Positions 1 to 10,910 of a stretch of 64,000 nt of DNA are shown here, piece by piece. The DNA lies in the NCBI GenBank assembly GCA_000004985.1, contig GG738859.1; one strand, given 5' to 3'. The notes under the pieces were generated by a model, which saw only the letters and a program-made list of their open reading frames with translations, was not told the origin of the DNA and searched no databases. Within the stretch, counting starts at the first letter, position 1; every line of letters begins with the position of its first letter. A program made the translations under genes and the position numbers. Source of the DNA: Naegleria gruberi (taxonomy: Eukaryota).

Positions 1-269
1 GTTCCTTCAGGTCTCAAACATAACTTATTTCCTTCAATAGCATCACGTGATGAGAGAATAAACATTTCCTTTGATATAATATCAGTGTCGGCTCCGAGAG
101 TTCTCTCGAATAATTTTCTCTCCTCTACGATTGGAGTTTGTGCAAATTGATAATCGAATGTCTTTGCTGTTTGTTCTCCGACTCTAATAATTTTTGAATA
201 GCACTTGGTTGAAAATTGTGAAGGAAGGAAATCAGCCATTCCTTTCACACACTTCGTATGATACGACAT
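1..269 (-). CDS. 5'-partial CDS, unknown function (gene continues past window start); ATG at 267-269 (reverse complement), open to position 1, reads MSYHTKCVKGMADFLPSQFSTKCYSKIIRVGEQTAKTFDYQFAQTPIVEERKLFERTLGADTDII...
   Basis: Manual minus-strand translation; open frame >85 codons reaching the window edge; codon usage matches neighbouring genes. No family recognised. Confidence 0.3.
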   Translation of the reverse strand, partial: MSYHTKCVKGMADFLPSQFSTKCYSKIIRVGEQTAKTFDYQFAQTPIVEERKLFERTLGADTDIISKEMFILSSRDAIEGNKLCLRPEG

Positions 270-360
270 TTTTTTTGATTGAATTAATCTTATTAGGCAC
301 CTTTTTGTTTAATGGTAAATAGAAAGACGAATAATAGATTGAATTAATACTGAATATTAT

Positions 361-1482
361 TTATTTGTGAACTTGTTTAAAGTAACCAACTGTTCTCTTC
401 TTGGCTTCCTTCATATCATAAACAGGCTTATATGTGAATAAACGAGTAGCTTTTGTGGAATTGAATCTTCTATCAGCAACTAACAAGGCATTCTTATCCA
501 ATTCAAATTGTGGTGGAATAGCAAACTTGATACCACAGAACTTCAAAACAAAGGCAACAATCAACAAAATGTAGCTGATGACATACATAATTTGGACTGG
601 AACACCAATCTTTGGAGTTGGATAATTGAATTCCTTCAAAATATCAGCCATAAATCCCCAGAACAATTCAGGTTCTTGATTTGTGACAAAGAATGGTTCA
701 CCACTAACTTCATCTTTATCCAAATGAGTTGATGCTAAAATGAGTGAGTGTGTGACGTTCTTAACATATGTATAATCCATATAATTTTTACCATTTCCGA
801 CATAGAACTTGGTCTTTCCTGCCTTACCATTATCTAAAACAGTAGGAATAAATAATAAATCTCTTTCACCGAAAATACTTGCTGGTCTAATAGCAACAGT
901 TCTGATCTTATCCTTATGTTCTTTACCATATTTAAGTGTTAATTTTTCTTGTTCAACTTTGGTGTCAGTATAAACATTAACACCTGATTTGACATATGGT
1001 TTAGTTTCATCACAATTATTGGTATCAGTACCATCAAAAACTACAGATGCAGATGAAACAAGAACGAAATTCTTGGTTTCCTTTCCAGAAGCAGTTTCAA
1101 TTAAACAATCCAACAAATTACGAGTGCCTTCAACATTGACCTTGTAGAGAACTGCAGCTGGTGATTTGAAAGGATCAGGAGTGGCAGTGTGGAAAACAGT
1201 ATCTACATTAAAATCTTGGAAAGCTTCAAGAACTTGCTATATAAATGTTAAATTACCATGTCACACACTGTGGAAAAACTATGAACTTACCTCCTTGTTG
1301 CAAATATCGGTCTTGTAAAATTTAACATCCTTTGTGATGGTTGGTTCTCTGATATCCATAACACCGACATTATATCCCTTGGCCTTCAAGTCTTCAACAA
1401 GATGTTGACCCAAAAATCCTGCTCCTCCAATAACAAGACAATTCTTGACTCTATTACTTCCAACAACGTTAAATCCGCTCAT
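361..1482 (-). CDS. NSDHL: Sterol-4-alpha-carboxylate 3-dehydrogenase (NSDHL/ERG26-type 3beta-HSD); 2 exons complement(join(361..1236,1291..1482)); 54-nt intron 1237..1290 (GTAAGT...TATAG)
   Basis: Exon 1 carries the GxxGxxG Rossmann motif (CLVIGGAGFLGQHLVEDL). Exon 2 aligns along its length to NSDHL (SSASVVFDG, YxxxK region, FYVGNGKN, C-terminal TM). Phase-0 junction joins ORFs 1279..1482 and 361..1116 in frame. Confidence 0.8.
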
Positions 1483-1795
1483 TTTTTTGATTGTGTTAAT
1501 CCGAAAGGTAATAGGTTGAGAGAATTGGCAGGGAATTCGGTGTGCTACAAATTACTCTTCTATTATCAATTTACAAAGACAATTCTCAATGGTTGGGTTA
1601 GGAGATCATATTCAATTTCCTTTAAGAAGAGAGGTTGAAGAGTTTAATAAATTATTATTTTTATAATCATTGATGGAAAATTGAAATGATTATTTGATTC
1701 ATGTCTTGTTGTTCCGTACATGAAATATTCATTCTCGAATTTTAAAATTATTGTCTATCCATTAAAGTAATGTCAATATCGATTGTTTGTGTTCT

Positions 1796-2116
1796 TTAAA
1801 CCTTGTTACCTTCTCTTTCAAGAATTTTAGCCTTTTCTTCTGCGGAGAGTTTTCTGTTTTCTTTGGACTTCTTTTCTTGTTCTTCTCTTAATTTCTTCAA
1901 TTGATGGAAGGCAGGATAAACCTTTTCAGCTTCTTTTTGATTTTGAGCATATCTTGTTTCATATTCGTTATCAAGACAAATATCCAATAACTTTTTCTTA
2001 TCCGTACAAGGATTCAAAAAGTTAACAACATTTCTTGTTTTATAACATTCCATCAATGCATTCATAGCATCGACACACTCCTTGCTGTGGTCTCCTTCCT
2101 TAACAACTGGGTGCAT
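1796..2116 (-). CDS. CMC2: COX assembly mitochondrial protein 2 homolog (twin Cx9C CHCH protein)
   Basis: MHP... N-terminus and two Cx9C motifs (CVDAMNALMEC, CTDKKKLLDIC) with LDNEY, colinear with human CMC2. Confidence 0.7.
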   Translation of the reverse strand: MHPVVKEGDHSKECVDAMNALMECYKTRNVVNFLNPCTDKKKLLDICLDNEYETRYAQNQKEAEKVYPAFHQLKKLREEQEKKSKENRKLSAEEKAKILEREGNKV

Positions 2117-2399
2117 TTCCGTATTATTGTATTATTGATTATCGGTATTCCTATTCCACAACACAACTAGGTGATGAAAAGTTTCGATATTTTTTAATTG
2201 TTTTTAATTTGGAGTTAATTGGTGATGGAGGCGAAATTGGGTTTATTTGAATTCAAATTAAAACTCTATTGATATTTGTAATATTATTGAAAGATAACAA
2301 TTATGAATTGAGTATGTTTTTTAAATAAATTATATTCTTTTCTTCAAATGATTTGAAATTTGAATATTAATACATGTAATCAAATTAATAAATAATAAT

Positions 2400-3122
2400 T
2401 TAATCATCAGAATCGTCAGAATCATCACTGTCATCTCCAAACAGTGAAATCTTAGCTTTTTGAGTTGTTGGCACTGCTGCATTAGTTTCATATTGGAATT
2501 TATCAAAGTCAATTCGAGGAATCTTTTGTTCTTCTTGTTCTTTTTCTGCATTGAGCTTTTCTGTATATTTAGTTTTGTACAATCGTAAGGTGCTTGGATA
2601 TAGGAGTGATAGAGGCCAAATTTCTGGAGCTGGGAAAGGTGCTAATTGCATGTCACTTTCTTTCAGAGCTGGCTGTTCACTGGTTACCTTACTTATGAAA
2701 TGTGAATATGAAAATACTTCATCCAAATTTAAATTCTTAGACTCCTTGATAGATTTAACAATCGGAGATGATTGATGTAGTGCATTTCCTAATTTTGAAT
2801 GTACAGTTTCCAATGCTTCTGTTAATTTAGCAATTTTATATTCCTTTTCGTCCAAAATTTGTTTTGTTTGATCGATCTTTCTTTGAAACTTTTGATTTTC
2901 CACTAATTCTAGTAATAATGTTTTTAATTCTTTATCCTTTTCTATTAATAATTCTGTTTGTAACATGATTTCATTCTTGATCATAGCTACAAGAGCCTTG
3001 CTTTTAGCAGTCTCTCCTGTCAGTGTTCTTGTACCTTTTGATATTGCAGCACAAAGAGCTTTAAAGGTAAGAACCATTTCACTAATACATTTTAATATCC
3101 TCTGCTGCACCGAACTCATCAC
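2400..3122 (-). CDS. MED4: Mediator complex subunit 4 homolog
   Basis: 240-aa coiled-coil core, conserved PxPEIWP..YPS block (PAPEIWPLSLLYPSTLRL) and acidic Ser/Asp C-terminal tail, as in MED4. Confidence 0.55.
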   Translation of the reverse strand: MMSSVQQRILKCISEMVLTFKALCAAISKGTRTLTGETAKSKALVAMIKNEIMLQTELLIEKDKELKTLLLELVENQKFQRKIDQTKQILDEKEYKIAKLTEALETVHSKLGNALHQSSPIVKSIKESKNLNLDEVFSYSHFISKVTSEQPALKESDMQLAPFPAPEIWPLSLLYPSTLRLYKTKYTEKLNAEKEQEEQKIPRIDFDKFQYETNAAVPTTQKAKISLFGDDSDDSDDSDD

Positions 3123-3248
3123 GAATATTTTTTTAAATTGTATTTTTATTTGATTTTGCTTTTCTGTTCATCAACATCGGAATGGTTCCAATCAAATGAA
3201 ATTACTTCATCAAATAAGAGAATACTAATTAATTTTTTATAAATAAAT

Positions 3249-4166
3249 TTAATATTTCTTTCCACCTTTATTTCCACCTTTGAATTTCGATGAATGATTT
3301 GTTGGAGCAGGAAACATGCAAGCGAAAATTCTGCAAGGAGCACCATGTACATCGGCACCATTATATAAGAGACATTCACGAACACTACGCCATTCCTTGA
3401 ATAAAATCATAAATTGATTCTTGTTACTCTTTGAACTTTCTATCGAGACAAGAGAACCACATTCTTCAACATATGACCATAATTCTTCTTCAGTGATTGG
3501 AGCTCCCTTGACAACCATTAAACATGCCTTGTCATTTTCACAAGCAAAACGAATGTTAATTGGAATACCTTCAATAATAGCTCCATTGTAATCTTCAAAA
3601 ACTTGTGCATTTGCAAATTCCTTTTCAAAAATAACAATAGCAGCCTTTGGACCTTGAATAAGAGTAGCTTGCTTATTGTTAGTATTCTTTTGTTGTGCAT
3701 TTCTCAAAGCATTACTAGCCAAAGCTTCAGATTCCTTTGATGATAAATTCTTTTGGAAAATCAAAATTTCCTTAAGCTTTTGTGCAGAATTACCACTAGC
3801 TTCGGCAATTTCATTCATACAGCCCTTGAGTACGATTTCATCAACAGAGAGGGCAAGATTTGAAATCAATAGTATATTCTTATAAATTTTAGAAGAGTTG
3901 GTGGTAATTTTGCCTGTAAAGGTAGGATCTTGTGTAGCGTTAATATATTCTTCGGTATCATTGGTTTCCTTCTTGGCTTTTTTAGTGAGTGATTCAAGAG
4001 TTGGTTCTTCTCCGGATGATGTAACTTTTTCATTTTTACGTTTAACTCCTTGTTGACTCTTTTCAGGTACTTCATCTACCATCAAGTTGGTATCAACTTT
4101 TTCCTCTTCCTTCTTGTTGCCTGCAGCAGGCTTTTGTTGTTTGTTATTCTTTCTGTTCTTGGTCAT
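3249..4166 (-). CDS. Lys/Glu-rich protein with two RRM-like domains (nucleolin/NIFK-like nucleolar RNA-binding protein, putative)
   Basis: Basic/acidic N-terminus followed by two RNP-like beta-alpha-beta segments (AAIVIFEKEFANAQVFEDYNGAIIEGIPINIRFA; CLMVVKGAPITEEELWSYVEECGSL). Family-level call only. Confidence 0.35.
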   Translation of the reverse strand: MTKNRKNNKQQKPAAGNKKEEEKVDTNLMVDEVPEKSQQGVKRKNEKVTSSGEEPTLESLTKKAKKETNDTEEYINATQDPTFTGKITTNSSKIYKNILLISNLALSVDEIVLKGCMNEIAEASGNSAQKLKEILIFQKNLSSKESEALASNALRNAQQKNTNNKQATLIQGPKAAIVIFEKEFANAQVFEDYNGAIIEGIPINIRFACENDKACLMVVKGAPITEEELWSYVEECGSLVSIESSKSNKNQFMILFKEWRSVRECLLYNGADVHGAPCRIFACMFPAPTNHSSKFKGGNKGGKKY

Positions 4167-4403
4167 TTTTTTTATCTGTTCACAATCAAAATTTTAAATT
4201 CAATATTTTTATCGAATGCAAAATTCAGTTCAACGACAGCCAAAAGTTGAATAAGAAATTTGTTCCGTATAATGTTGGTCTATCATTAAGAGTGCCTTCC
4301 TCAATTAATTGAAACTCTCATTCTATCAATTTAAATAGATTCATCAAAAAAATAACAACCTATATCTTTATTCAACTTGAATAATACCATCTACTCATCT
4401 TTT

Positions 4404-6316
4404 TTATAAAACCCATTCCCACTCACTGGCTATGTTAAAATCAACTTTCCCAAAGAAATCAATTTTCTGTGGCACAAAGAATGTCAAAATATGATCAATT
4501 GACTCATAGATTCCATCTCCAGTGAGTGCACAACCTGCTTGTATGTACCATTTTCTATCTGTTATGCTGTTCAGATTCAAATCATTGGCGATATTGGCGC
4601 AAGATGCAGCACTGAAGAAATCCTGCTTATTACAAAACACAACAATTGAAGTTTTCTTTGGAATACTTTCCAAAACAGTCCAAAGTAAATCTTTGGCTTG
4701 ATTCATTCTGCCAGTGTCTGTAGAATCAACAACAAATATTACAAAATCTGCTTCTTGTGCATAATCTTTCCACAAGTTGGCTAATCCACCAAAATCTTTC
4801 TATTCAAATATTAAATTAAGATGGTAAAAAATAAATTACTTACAATTGTAAAGTCAACATCTTTGTAATTAATCATTTGTGTGTTAAACTTATCAGTTGG
4901 AATAGTTAACACAACTTCACCCAAATACCACTTGTACAGGAGGGTTGTTTTACCACCACCATCAAGACCAATTAAAAATCCATTCTTTTTGGTTCGTTTC
5001 TTCTGTTTCTTCTCGAGGACCTTAATTTCTTGGAGACCCAATAGTTCTTTTGGAACTCCTCTTACGTGCAGAAGTGATTTGAGCATAATATCCTTCAGTT
5101 GATTTTTGGCAGATGTGAATAAATCTTCCTTTCCAAGATTTACAAAAATTGAAAAGAATGGAAACAAAATCTCATCATCATTAATTTTTGAAAAATCAAT
5201 AAACTCGAGCACGAATTTGTAAGCTTCCTCAAATCTTGCTTCATAATCTGTAACCACCCAAAAAATCAAAAAGTAAGTGACAGCCATCAAATCACCATTC
5301 GACAATAAACTCAATAGAATTTGTTTTAGCAACTCGAATGGCATTCTTCCAATCACCTTGTAATGAGCGTATTTGCTAACAACATAGCTAATCATTGCAT
5401 GCAAATCTTTCTCTGTAAATATTGGAACATGTTGCATCAAAGTTTGTTTGAATAACTTCTTGTCCTTTGTTGAATAACAACTGAGATCCTCTTCGAGCTC
5501 TGTATAACCAACCTTTCTATAAATTGGATCACATATAATGCAAGATGGTTGTGCAGAAATAATTGGAATAGTCTCTTCATAAATTATTGATTTGCAATCT
5601 TCAGATAATTCAATGGATGCAAGTGAAATAGTGAGAGCATTGTAGGCATTACAAACTTTGGAAATGGATTTTGTTAAACTCTCAACTTGATATTCATCTG
5701 CGATTTGTAGCAAACCTATTAAATCATCCATTTTAACAATAATTTCACTTTCTGATTTTGATTCGAATGTTAACTTATCAGAACCCAAATATCCAATGTG
5801 CACATAGTCAATCATCCATTCAAAATACTTATCAGATGTCTCAAGTGTCATTTCACTTGTTCTTGCTTCAATCATTTCACTATTTAACATTCTCTCAAAA
5901 ACTTTGCATTCTCTGGAAAGTATTTTCTTGGAAACTTGTAAATTGACCTTTCTATTAGGAATGCTAATATTGAATACATCTTGTTCATCAGTATTTTCAC
6001 TTTCGTATTTCACCAAAATGAAACCAACACCATTATTTTCAATTTTCTTTTTTACTTGATCGGAAGAGGCAACATTTTCTCTTCTCAGATAATAGCCGAT
6101 ATTTTGCTGAATGTAATCTATCAGAGAGGTGTTGATACCATAATTACTAACGAAACCTTTCCAATAACTTTCAAAATTGGTTGGAGGTACAACATCAGAT
6201 TGCATACCAAGAATATAATTCTGATCGAGTTCGGGAGAAATACAATACCAATGCGAGAGATTTTTAATTTCTTCTGTGTTGGCAATGGTATAATCAATAA
6301 TATCTTGGTTGATCAT
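4404..6316 (-). CDS. BTB/POZ domain - ARF-like small GTPase fusion protein (~622 aa); complement(join(4404..4799,4844..6316)); 44-nt intron 4800..4843 (GTAAGT...AATAG)
   Basis: N-terminal ~490 aa contain a BTB-like segment (DVFNISIPNRKVNLQVSKKILSRECKVFERMLNSEM...LLQIADEYQVESL). The C-terminus has ARF-family G motifs: G1 GLDGGGKTT and TIPT in exon 1; DFGG, NKQD and CALTGDGIYESIDHI in exon 2. The intron splits the GTPase domain. Confidence 0.7.
4800..4843 (-). other. Spliceosomal intron (44 nt, GTAAGT...TAG) inside the ARF-like GTPase domain
   Basis: ORF 4811..6316 runs into GTAAGT in frame. Splicing joins it to ORF 4404..4775 in frame and restores the DxxG (DFGG) motif. Confidence 0.7.
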
Positions 6317-6381
6317 TTTTTCTAACTGTTTTCGTGGATAAATATTTTACAAAATATCTTTAATGTGAAAAAATGTTTTAT

Positions 6382-7452
6382 TTAGTTTCTTTCATTGGTA
6401 ACTTCACTCAATAATTGAGCAGTCCATTCATTAATTGAAGTGGTGGATGCATTTGGACAAAGATGAGCATGAGTAAATGCCATCCATCTTCCAGACTTGA
6501 TACATTTAGCACCAATAGACTTCAAACGTTCTCTCAATCCTCTATCGGATGTAACAAATAGACAAGAATCCAAAGTGCCAGCAATATTTTGTCTATTTGC
6601 CAATTCAACAAGCATATCATCAGCAATGGTGAAACCTTCCTTCTTGGCAGATGAAACAACAAATGTTCCATCATTGAAAGTACCATTAACTTGATTGCTT
6701 GAAGCATCGAAAACAACATGCATTAAATTCAATTTTTGATTTAAAGTTGTTTCAGAGAACTGAGAATACTTTTTGGCCATATGGACTAGTAATTCTTCAA
6801 CGAGGTGTTTCTTCTTACTCTTTAGAATTAAACCTCTCAAAGTACTGGTTTGGAAGAAGAGATTATTACCATCAATTACAATTCTACTAATTTCTGGATT
6901 CATCTTGGATGCAATTCCAGTACTTTCATCTACAAGAATTACATCATCAGTATGAATCTTTTGAGATTCTTCATTTTGGAAACGACGTTTTTCTTGACGT
7001 TCTTGTTTCTTGAGCTCTCTTTCAGCTTTTCTTTCACGCTTGTCATTGGAAACTTTATCCTTCTTTAACTTTTTCATTCTAATCTTGAAATCAACAATGA
7101 ATGATTCAACAGAAGTTGTGATGGAGGAATCAAGACGATGTTGAAGAATGGAATTAATAGAATTGGTCCAATCTTCATCAGTATGAAGGACTCTAAATTT
7201 TTTACCAGATTTTGCCTTAAAATCCTTAACCTTAACAATCTTGACAGATTTTGGTTCTTCATCATCATTCAAATTTGAATTAAATTGCTTTTCAATATAA
7301 TCTTTCAAATCTTGAAGATTTTCCAATGGAGAGAAAGAAGGTACACTTTGTTCAATAATTTGAATATCATCATGCTTCTTCATCATATAATTTAATTTAA
7401 TTCCAATTGGTTCGGAAGCATTGGTGTTGTTATTAATTGTGTTACTAATCAT
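6382..7452 (-). CDS. NYN (LabA/YacP-like PIN) nuclease domain protein with Lys/Glu-rich N-terminal region
   Basis: C-terminal half has the NYN pattern VIDGNNLFF ... HVVFDAS ... LFVTSDRGLRERLKSIGAKC. The N-terminus is a low-complexity charged coiled coil. Confidence 0.45.
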   Translation of the reverse strand: MISNTINNNTNASEPIGIKLNYMMKKHDDIQIIEQSVPSFSPLENLQDLKDYIEKQFNSNLNDDEEPKSVKIVKVKDFKAKSGKKFRVLHTDEDWTNSINSILQHRLDSSITTSVESFIVDFKIRMKKLKKDKVSNDKRERKAERELKKQERQEKRRFQNEESQKIHTDDVILVDESTGIASKMNPEISRIVIDGNNLFFQTSTLRGLILKSKKKHLVEELLVHMAKKYSQFSETTLNQKLNLMHVVFDASSNQVNGTFNDGTFVVSSAKKEGFTIADDMLVELANRQNIAGTLDSCLFVTSDRGLRERLKSIGAKCIKSGRWMAFTHAHLCPNASTTSINEWTAQLLSEVTNERN

Positions 7453-7801
7453 TTTCTAATTATTATATTAATATTGATTGACTTGTTTTTTTAGTTATTT
7501 GGAATTGAGATATGATCGTGGCCTTTTTATTTTGCCTTGGAAAACAAAGTTCACCTTTAAAAATAGATAATTCATGGATAGAGGGTTACCTTGAGAACGT
7601 TTGCGTGTACTGCTTGTTACTTGAGATGATATGAATTCATTGACTCAATAAGGGTGGTTGTATTCTTCAATTATTAAGGTTGGATTGTCAAATTAAGTTG
7701 GTCTTTGCGTTGTGTTCATTGTACATGAATGAATAATATACGTAATTTGGACCTAAACTGATTTAAGAGGTTAAATGCAAAACACAACAATCAAAAGCAT
7801 C

Positions 7802-7873
7802 CTCCCATGCCGGGAATTGAACCCGGACCTCCTGGGTGAAAGCCAGGTATCCTAGCCATTGGACTACACGGGA
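7802..7873 (-). tRNA. tRNA-Glu (anticodon UUC)
   Basis: Reverse complement gives TCCCGTGTAGTCCAATGGCTAGGATACCTGGCTTTCACCCAGGAGGTCCGGGTTCAATTCCCGGCATGGGAG. It has a 7-bp acceptor stem, anticodon stem CCTGG/CCAGG with loop CTTTCAC, and a GGTTCAATTCC T-loop (B box). Confidence 0.9.
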
Positions 7874-7927
7874 TTACATTAAGGTTGATTAAGGTAATTT
7901 TTAATCGCTTAGTATTTTGAATTTTGT

Positions 7928-8851
7928 TTAATAGTAATCTCTACGACATGTTCTTTCAATATTTACAATTCTTCTATCTGAATCATCAACTATTACCTTA
8001 AGGTCTAAGTTGTCCGTATATCCTCCACCAGCATTATAATATGAAGGAAATATATATCCTTCAAGATTTGACAAATAAAGTGGCTCATGTCTATCTGATA
8101 ATTTTACATCATTGACATTCAATACTTCAATTAATTCAAAAGGAGATATCATTGGTGTGAAATTTTCAACATTCAAACCAATATCATATTGAATTACAGT
8201 TTCATGTGGCATTAAATATTGAGATAACTTGGAAAAATTGTCTGCATAATTATCAGCTTTCAAAACACAAGAAAGGAATGTCAATAGAGGTATTTCTGTT
8301 GTCATTTCGATACCTAACCTATTTTCACAAAGCTCAGCTTTCACTTTGTCAATAAATAAATTAGGAGTGTATCCAGAAACTGTCAATGAATCATATACAA
8401 TAGTGATAATGTAATGATCCAATATATCCTCTACATTCAATGGAATTTCCTTTCTAAATTTAAAAGATGCTCTATTTGCTTCTAAAAGCAGAGTATTTGT
8501 ACAATAATAATCTTCTCTATCATCTTCCTGTTTAAAGAATGATTGATAATTATCTGCAATCTCCAAACTATTAACTTCATATGGTTGATCTTTGGCATCA
8601 TTTTGTTTTTTAGGAATTTTCCAAGTAATTTCCAATAATTTAGATAACCAACAACAATTATTATCATTAGTAAGTGTATAATATTGATCAATCCTATAAT
8701 AATCACAATACATCATCTTCCAGAAAACTTGATTGGAATGAACACCTCTCTTCCACACATTATTCACTCTCCTGCACTTAATTATTTCATCTATCGGAAG
8801 GAATGACACAATGTGAGCAACTTCATGTACATGCAACTCGTGTTCGAACAT
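7928..8851 (-). CDS. F-box-like domain protein (307 aa), function unknown
   Basis: N-terminal F-box-like motif (HIVSFLPIDEIIKCRRVNNVWKR). The rest is unrecognised. Divergently paired with the F-box gene at 8926. Confidence 0.45.
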   Translation of the reverse strand: MFEHELHVHEVAHIVSFLPIDEIIKCRRVNNVWKRGVHSNQVFWKMMYCDYYRIDQYYTLTNDNNCCWLSKLLEITWKIPKKQNDAKDQPYEVNSLEIADNYQSFFKQEDDREDYYCTNTLLLEANRASFKFRKEIPLNVEDILDHYIITIVYDSLTVSGYTPNLFIDKVKAELCENRLGIEMTTEIPLLTFLSCVLKADNYADNFSKLSQYLMPHETVIQYDIGLNVENFTPMISPFELIEVLNVNDVKLSDRHEPLYLSNLEGYIFPSYYNAGGGYTDNLDLKVIVDDSDRRIVNIERTCRRDYY

Positions 8852-8925
8852 TTTTTACTTGAAGTTTCAACATGTTTTCAACATGCAAGTAAACTGGCTC
8901 ATTTTGAAAATTCAATTTCAAAAAA

Positions 8926-10524
8926 ATGCACACAGACATTCTGCGAGAGATTTTCATTCATTACATTGGTGATAGCATCTCTGTTTTGCATAATACGAAT
9001 CAATTCATGCTCGTTTGCAAGGATTGGTATGAAGCTACACAATCGGGAAATTTTTGGTCAATCCTGTTGAAAAAGATGATTAAAGAAGAGAAGGAAAATG
9101 TGTTGAAACAACAAGAACATAAAGAAGCAGCACTATTTACATATAGATGTCGCTTTGGAAGGCCAAAGAGATGTTGTTTAAACCATCATCCTAAGAATTA
9201 TTTAAAGTACTTGGAGAGATTGGAGAAAATTCAAGTCAACCAAGAAATTATATACAAGACAATGACAAGAAAATTATTTGAAAAGAGAAAATGGTTTGCC
9301 ATTCAAACCAAGATTGAGAATTTATTAATCCTTAAAGATAGAATTAATGATGATGAGGTGGAAGCTTGGAAAAATATTGTAAATTATATGGAAACGAAAC
9401 CATTTGGTAAAACACCAAAAGAAATTTGCCAATTCAAAATTTACGACAGAACTTTGCTTCAATATTTGTGCATGCATTTTTTTGGATATGATGAACAGAA
9501 ACAACATTTGTTTGACACTCTTGTTGAAAAGTATGAAGCAAACGTTTTGCCATGTTTGCAATATACATATTTTTCACGTGACTTCATTCAAAAGAACTAT
9601 ATTTTGGCTGATATTGAAAAAAGCAAAGGAAAAAGTGTGCCATTTGATATTTTAATCCATGCATTTAACAAGAATTTTTTCTCTAAGGAAAATCTTGATC
9701 AATTAGTTATTTTATTGAAAAAGTATAGACAGAGAGATTTCAGACCTTTATTTATGAAAAGGATATTGCCTCGTCTTTTGGGTGAAATATCTGAAACCTA
9801 CGTTGATTTTGCTAAAAAATTGAACTATCTCATAACCAAATTGAAAGTTTATTTATTGGATAATTTTTCTAGAGACGACATATCTAAGTGTGTGAGTGAT
9901 ATGTTTATAAACAGCAATCACCTTCGTTATTTTAATGATGATTCTCCAAACATTGATAAGGAAATTTATGAGCTTGTAAAAATGGGTTATGGACAGTATT
10001 TGAATTTACTACCTATTCCACTAGTATCATCATCAGATGATACACTCAATCTACTCAAACTTGTTGTTGAGCAGGGTATAGATCTAAAACAATATCCATA
10101 TATAATTCATGAAACATTGATGAGCAAAAGCTATAAAAAAATACCAACCTTGAAATATTTGATTGAGGAGAGGAATATCAAATATATTAGACCACCTAAA
10201 CATGAAAATGACATTCTAAATAGATTTATCTGCCCTTCAGAAGAATATTTGGAAAACATTGAATATCTCTCCTCAAAATTAGGTCTACGATTGACCTGTA
10301 TTGATTCATTTGTTCACTCTCTGAATTCAGATGTTAGGTTTGCCACATTGCAGAAAATAGTTGATCATGTAACTGAGAAATTTAAAATTGATGTTGTTTC
10401 AAATTGCCTCTCAAGAGTTTATTATAGTTGGCAGAATATAGCAGCACGCGAAGATGCTAATTTAGAAACTCAAAAGAAAGTATTGAGATATTTGGAAGCT
10501 AAGTTTCCCAATGCAATAATTTAA
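8926..10524 (+). CDS. F-box-like domain protein (532 aa), function unknown
   Basis: N-terminal DILREIFIHYIGDSISVLHNTNQFMLVCKDWYEATQSGNFW resembles an F-box. 74-bp spacer to the divergent gene at 8851. Confidence 0.4.
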   Translation: MHTDILREIFIHYIGDSISVLHNTNQFMLVCKDWYEATQSGNFWSILLKKMIKEEKENVLKQQEHKEAALFTYRCRFGRPKRCCLNHHPKNYLKYLERLEKIQVNQEIIYKTMTRKLFEKRKWFAIQTKIENLLILKDRINDDEVEAWKNIVNYMETKPFGKTPKEICQFKIYDRTLLQYLCMHFFGYDEQKQHLFDTLVEKYEANVLPCLQYTYFSRDFIQKNYILADIEKSKGKSVPFDILIHAFNKNFFSKENLDQLVILLKKYRQRDFRPLFMKRILPRLLGEISETYVDFAKKLNYLITKLKVYLLDNFSRDDISKCVSDMFINSNHLRYFNDDSPNIDKEIYELVKMGYGQYLNLLPIPLVSSSDDTLNLLKLVVEQGIDLKQYPYIIHETLMSKSYKKIPTLKYLIEERNIKYIRPPKHENDILNRFICPSEEYLENIEYLSSKLGLRLTCIDSFVHSLNSDVRFATLQKIVDHVTEKFKIDVVSNCLSRVYYSWQNIAAREDANLETQKKVLRYLEAKFPNAII

Positions 10525-10579
10525 ATAAATGTAATAGTGGATATTTTCACACTAAGGCTGCAACATATCCTTAATATGT

Positions 10580-10652
10580 TCCCCCTTAGCTCAGTCGGCA
10601 GAGCGTCAGACTGTTAATCTGCAGGTCGGTGGTTCGAGCCCACCAGGGGGAG
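10580..10652 (+). tRNA. tRNA-Asn (anticodon GUU)
   Basis: TCCCCCTTAGCTCAGTCGGCAGAGCGTCAGACTGTTAATCTGCAGGTCGGTGGTTCGAGCCCACCAGGGGGAG: cloverleaf with anticodon loop CTGTTAA, A box TAGCTCAGTCGG and B box GGTTCGAGCC. Closely resembles metazoan tRNA-Asn. Confidence 0.9.
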
Positions 10653-10910
10653 AATGTTTTTTATATTGACATCATCCCAACGGTTTTAACAAAAGAAAGT
10701 AAAGTTATTGTTTAGGGATTCTATTAGGACAGTTCAAATGTGTTTGAATCCTTTCAAATTCTTCAATTCCTCACATACCCGGCTATTTTCCTGAAATTGT
10801 TTTTGTCTTGAATTAATACTATCGAATTGCATGTCAGATAAAAGGAGCATACAAAGCAGAATAGAAAGGAAAGAAGTAATCCATAATGTGGAGCAATAAA
10901 TGTCTGACAT

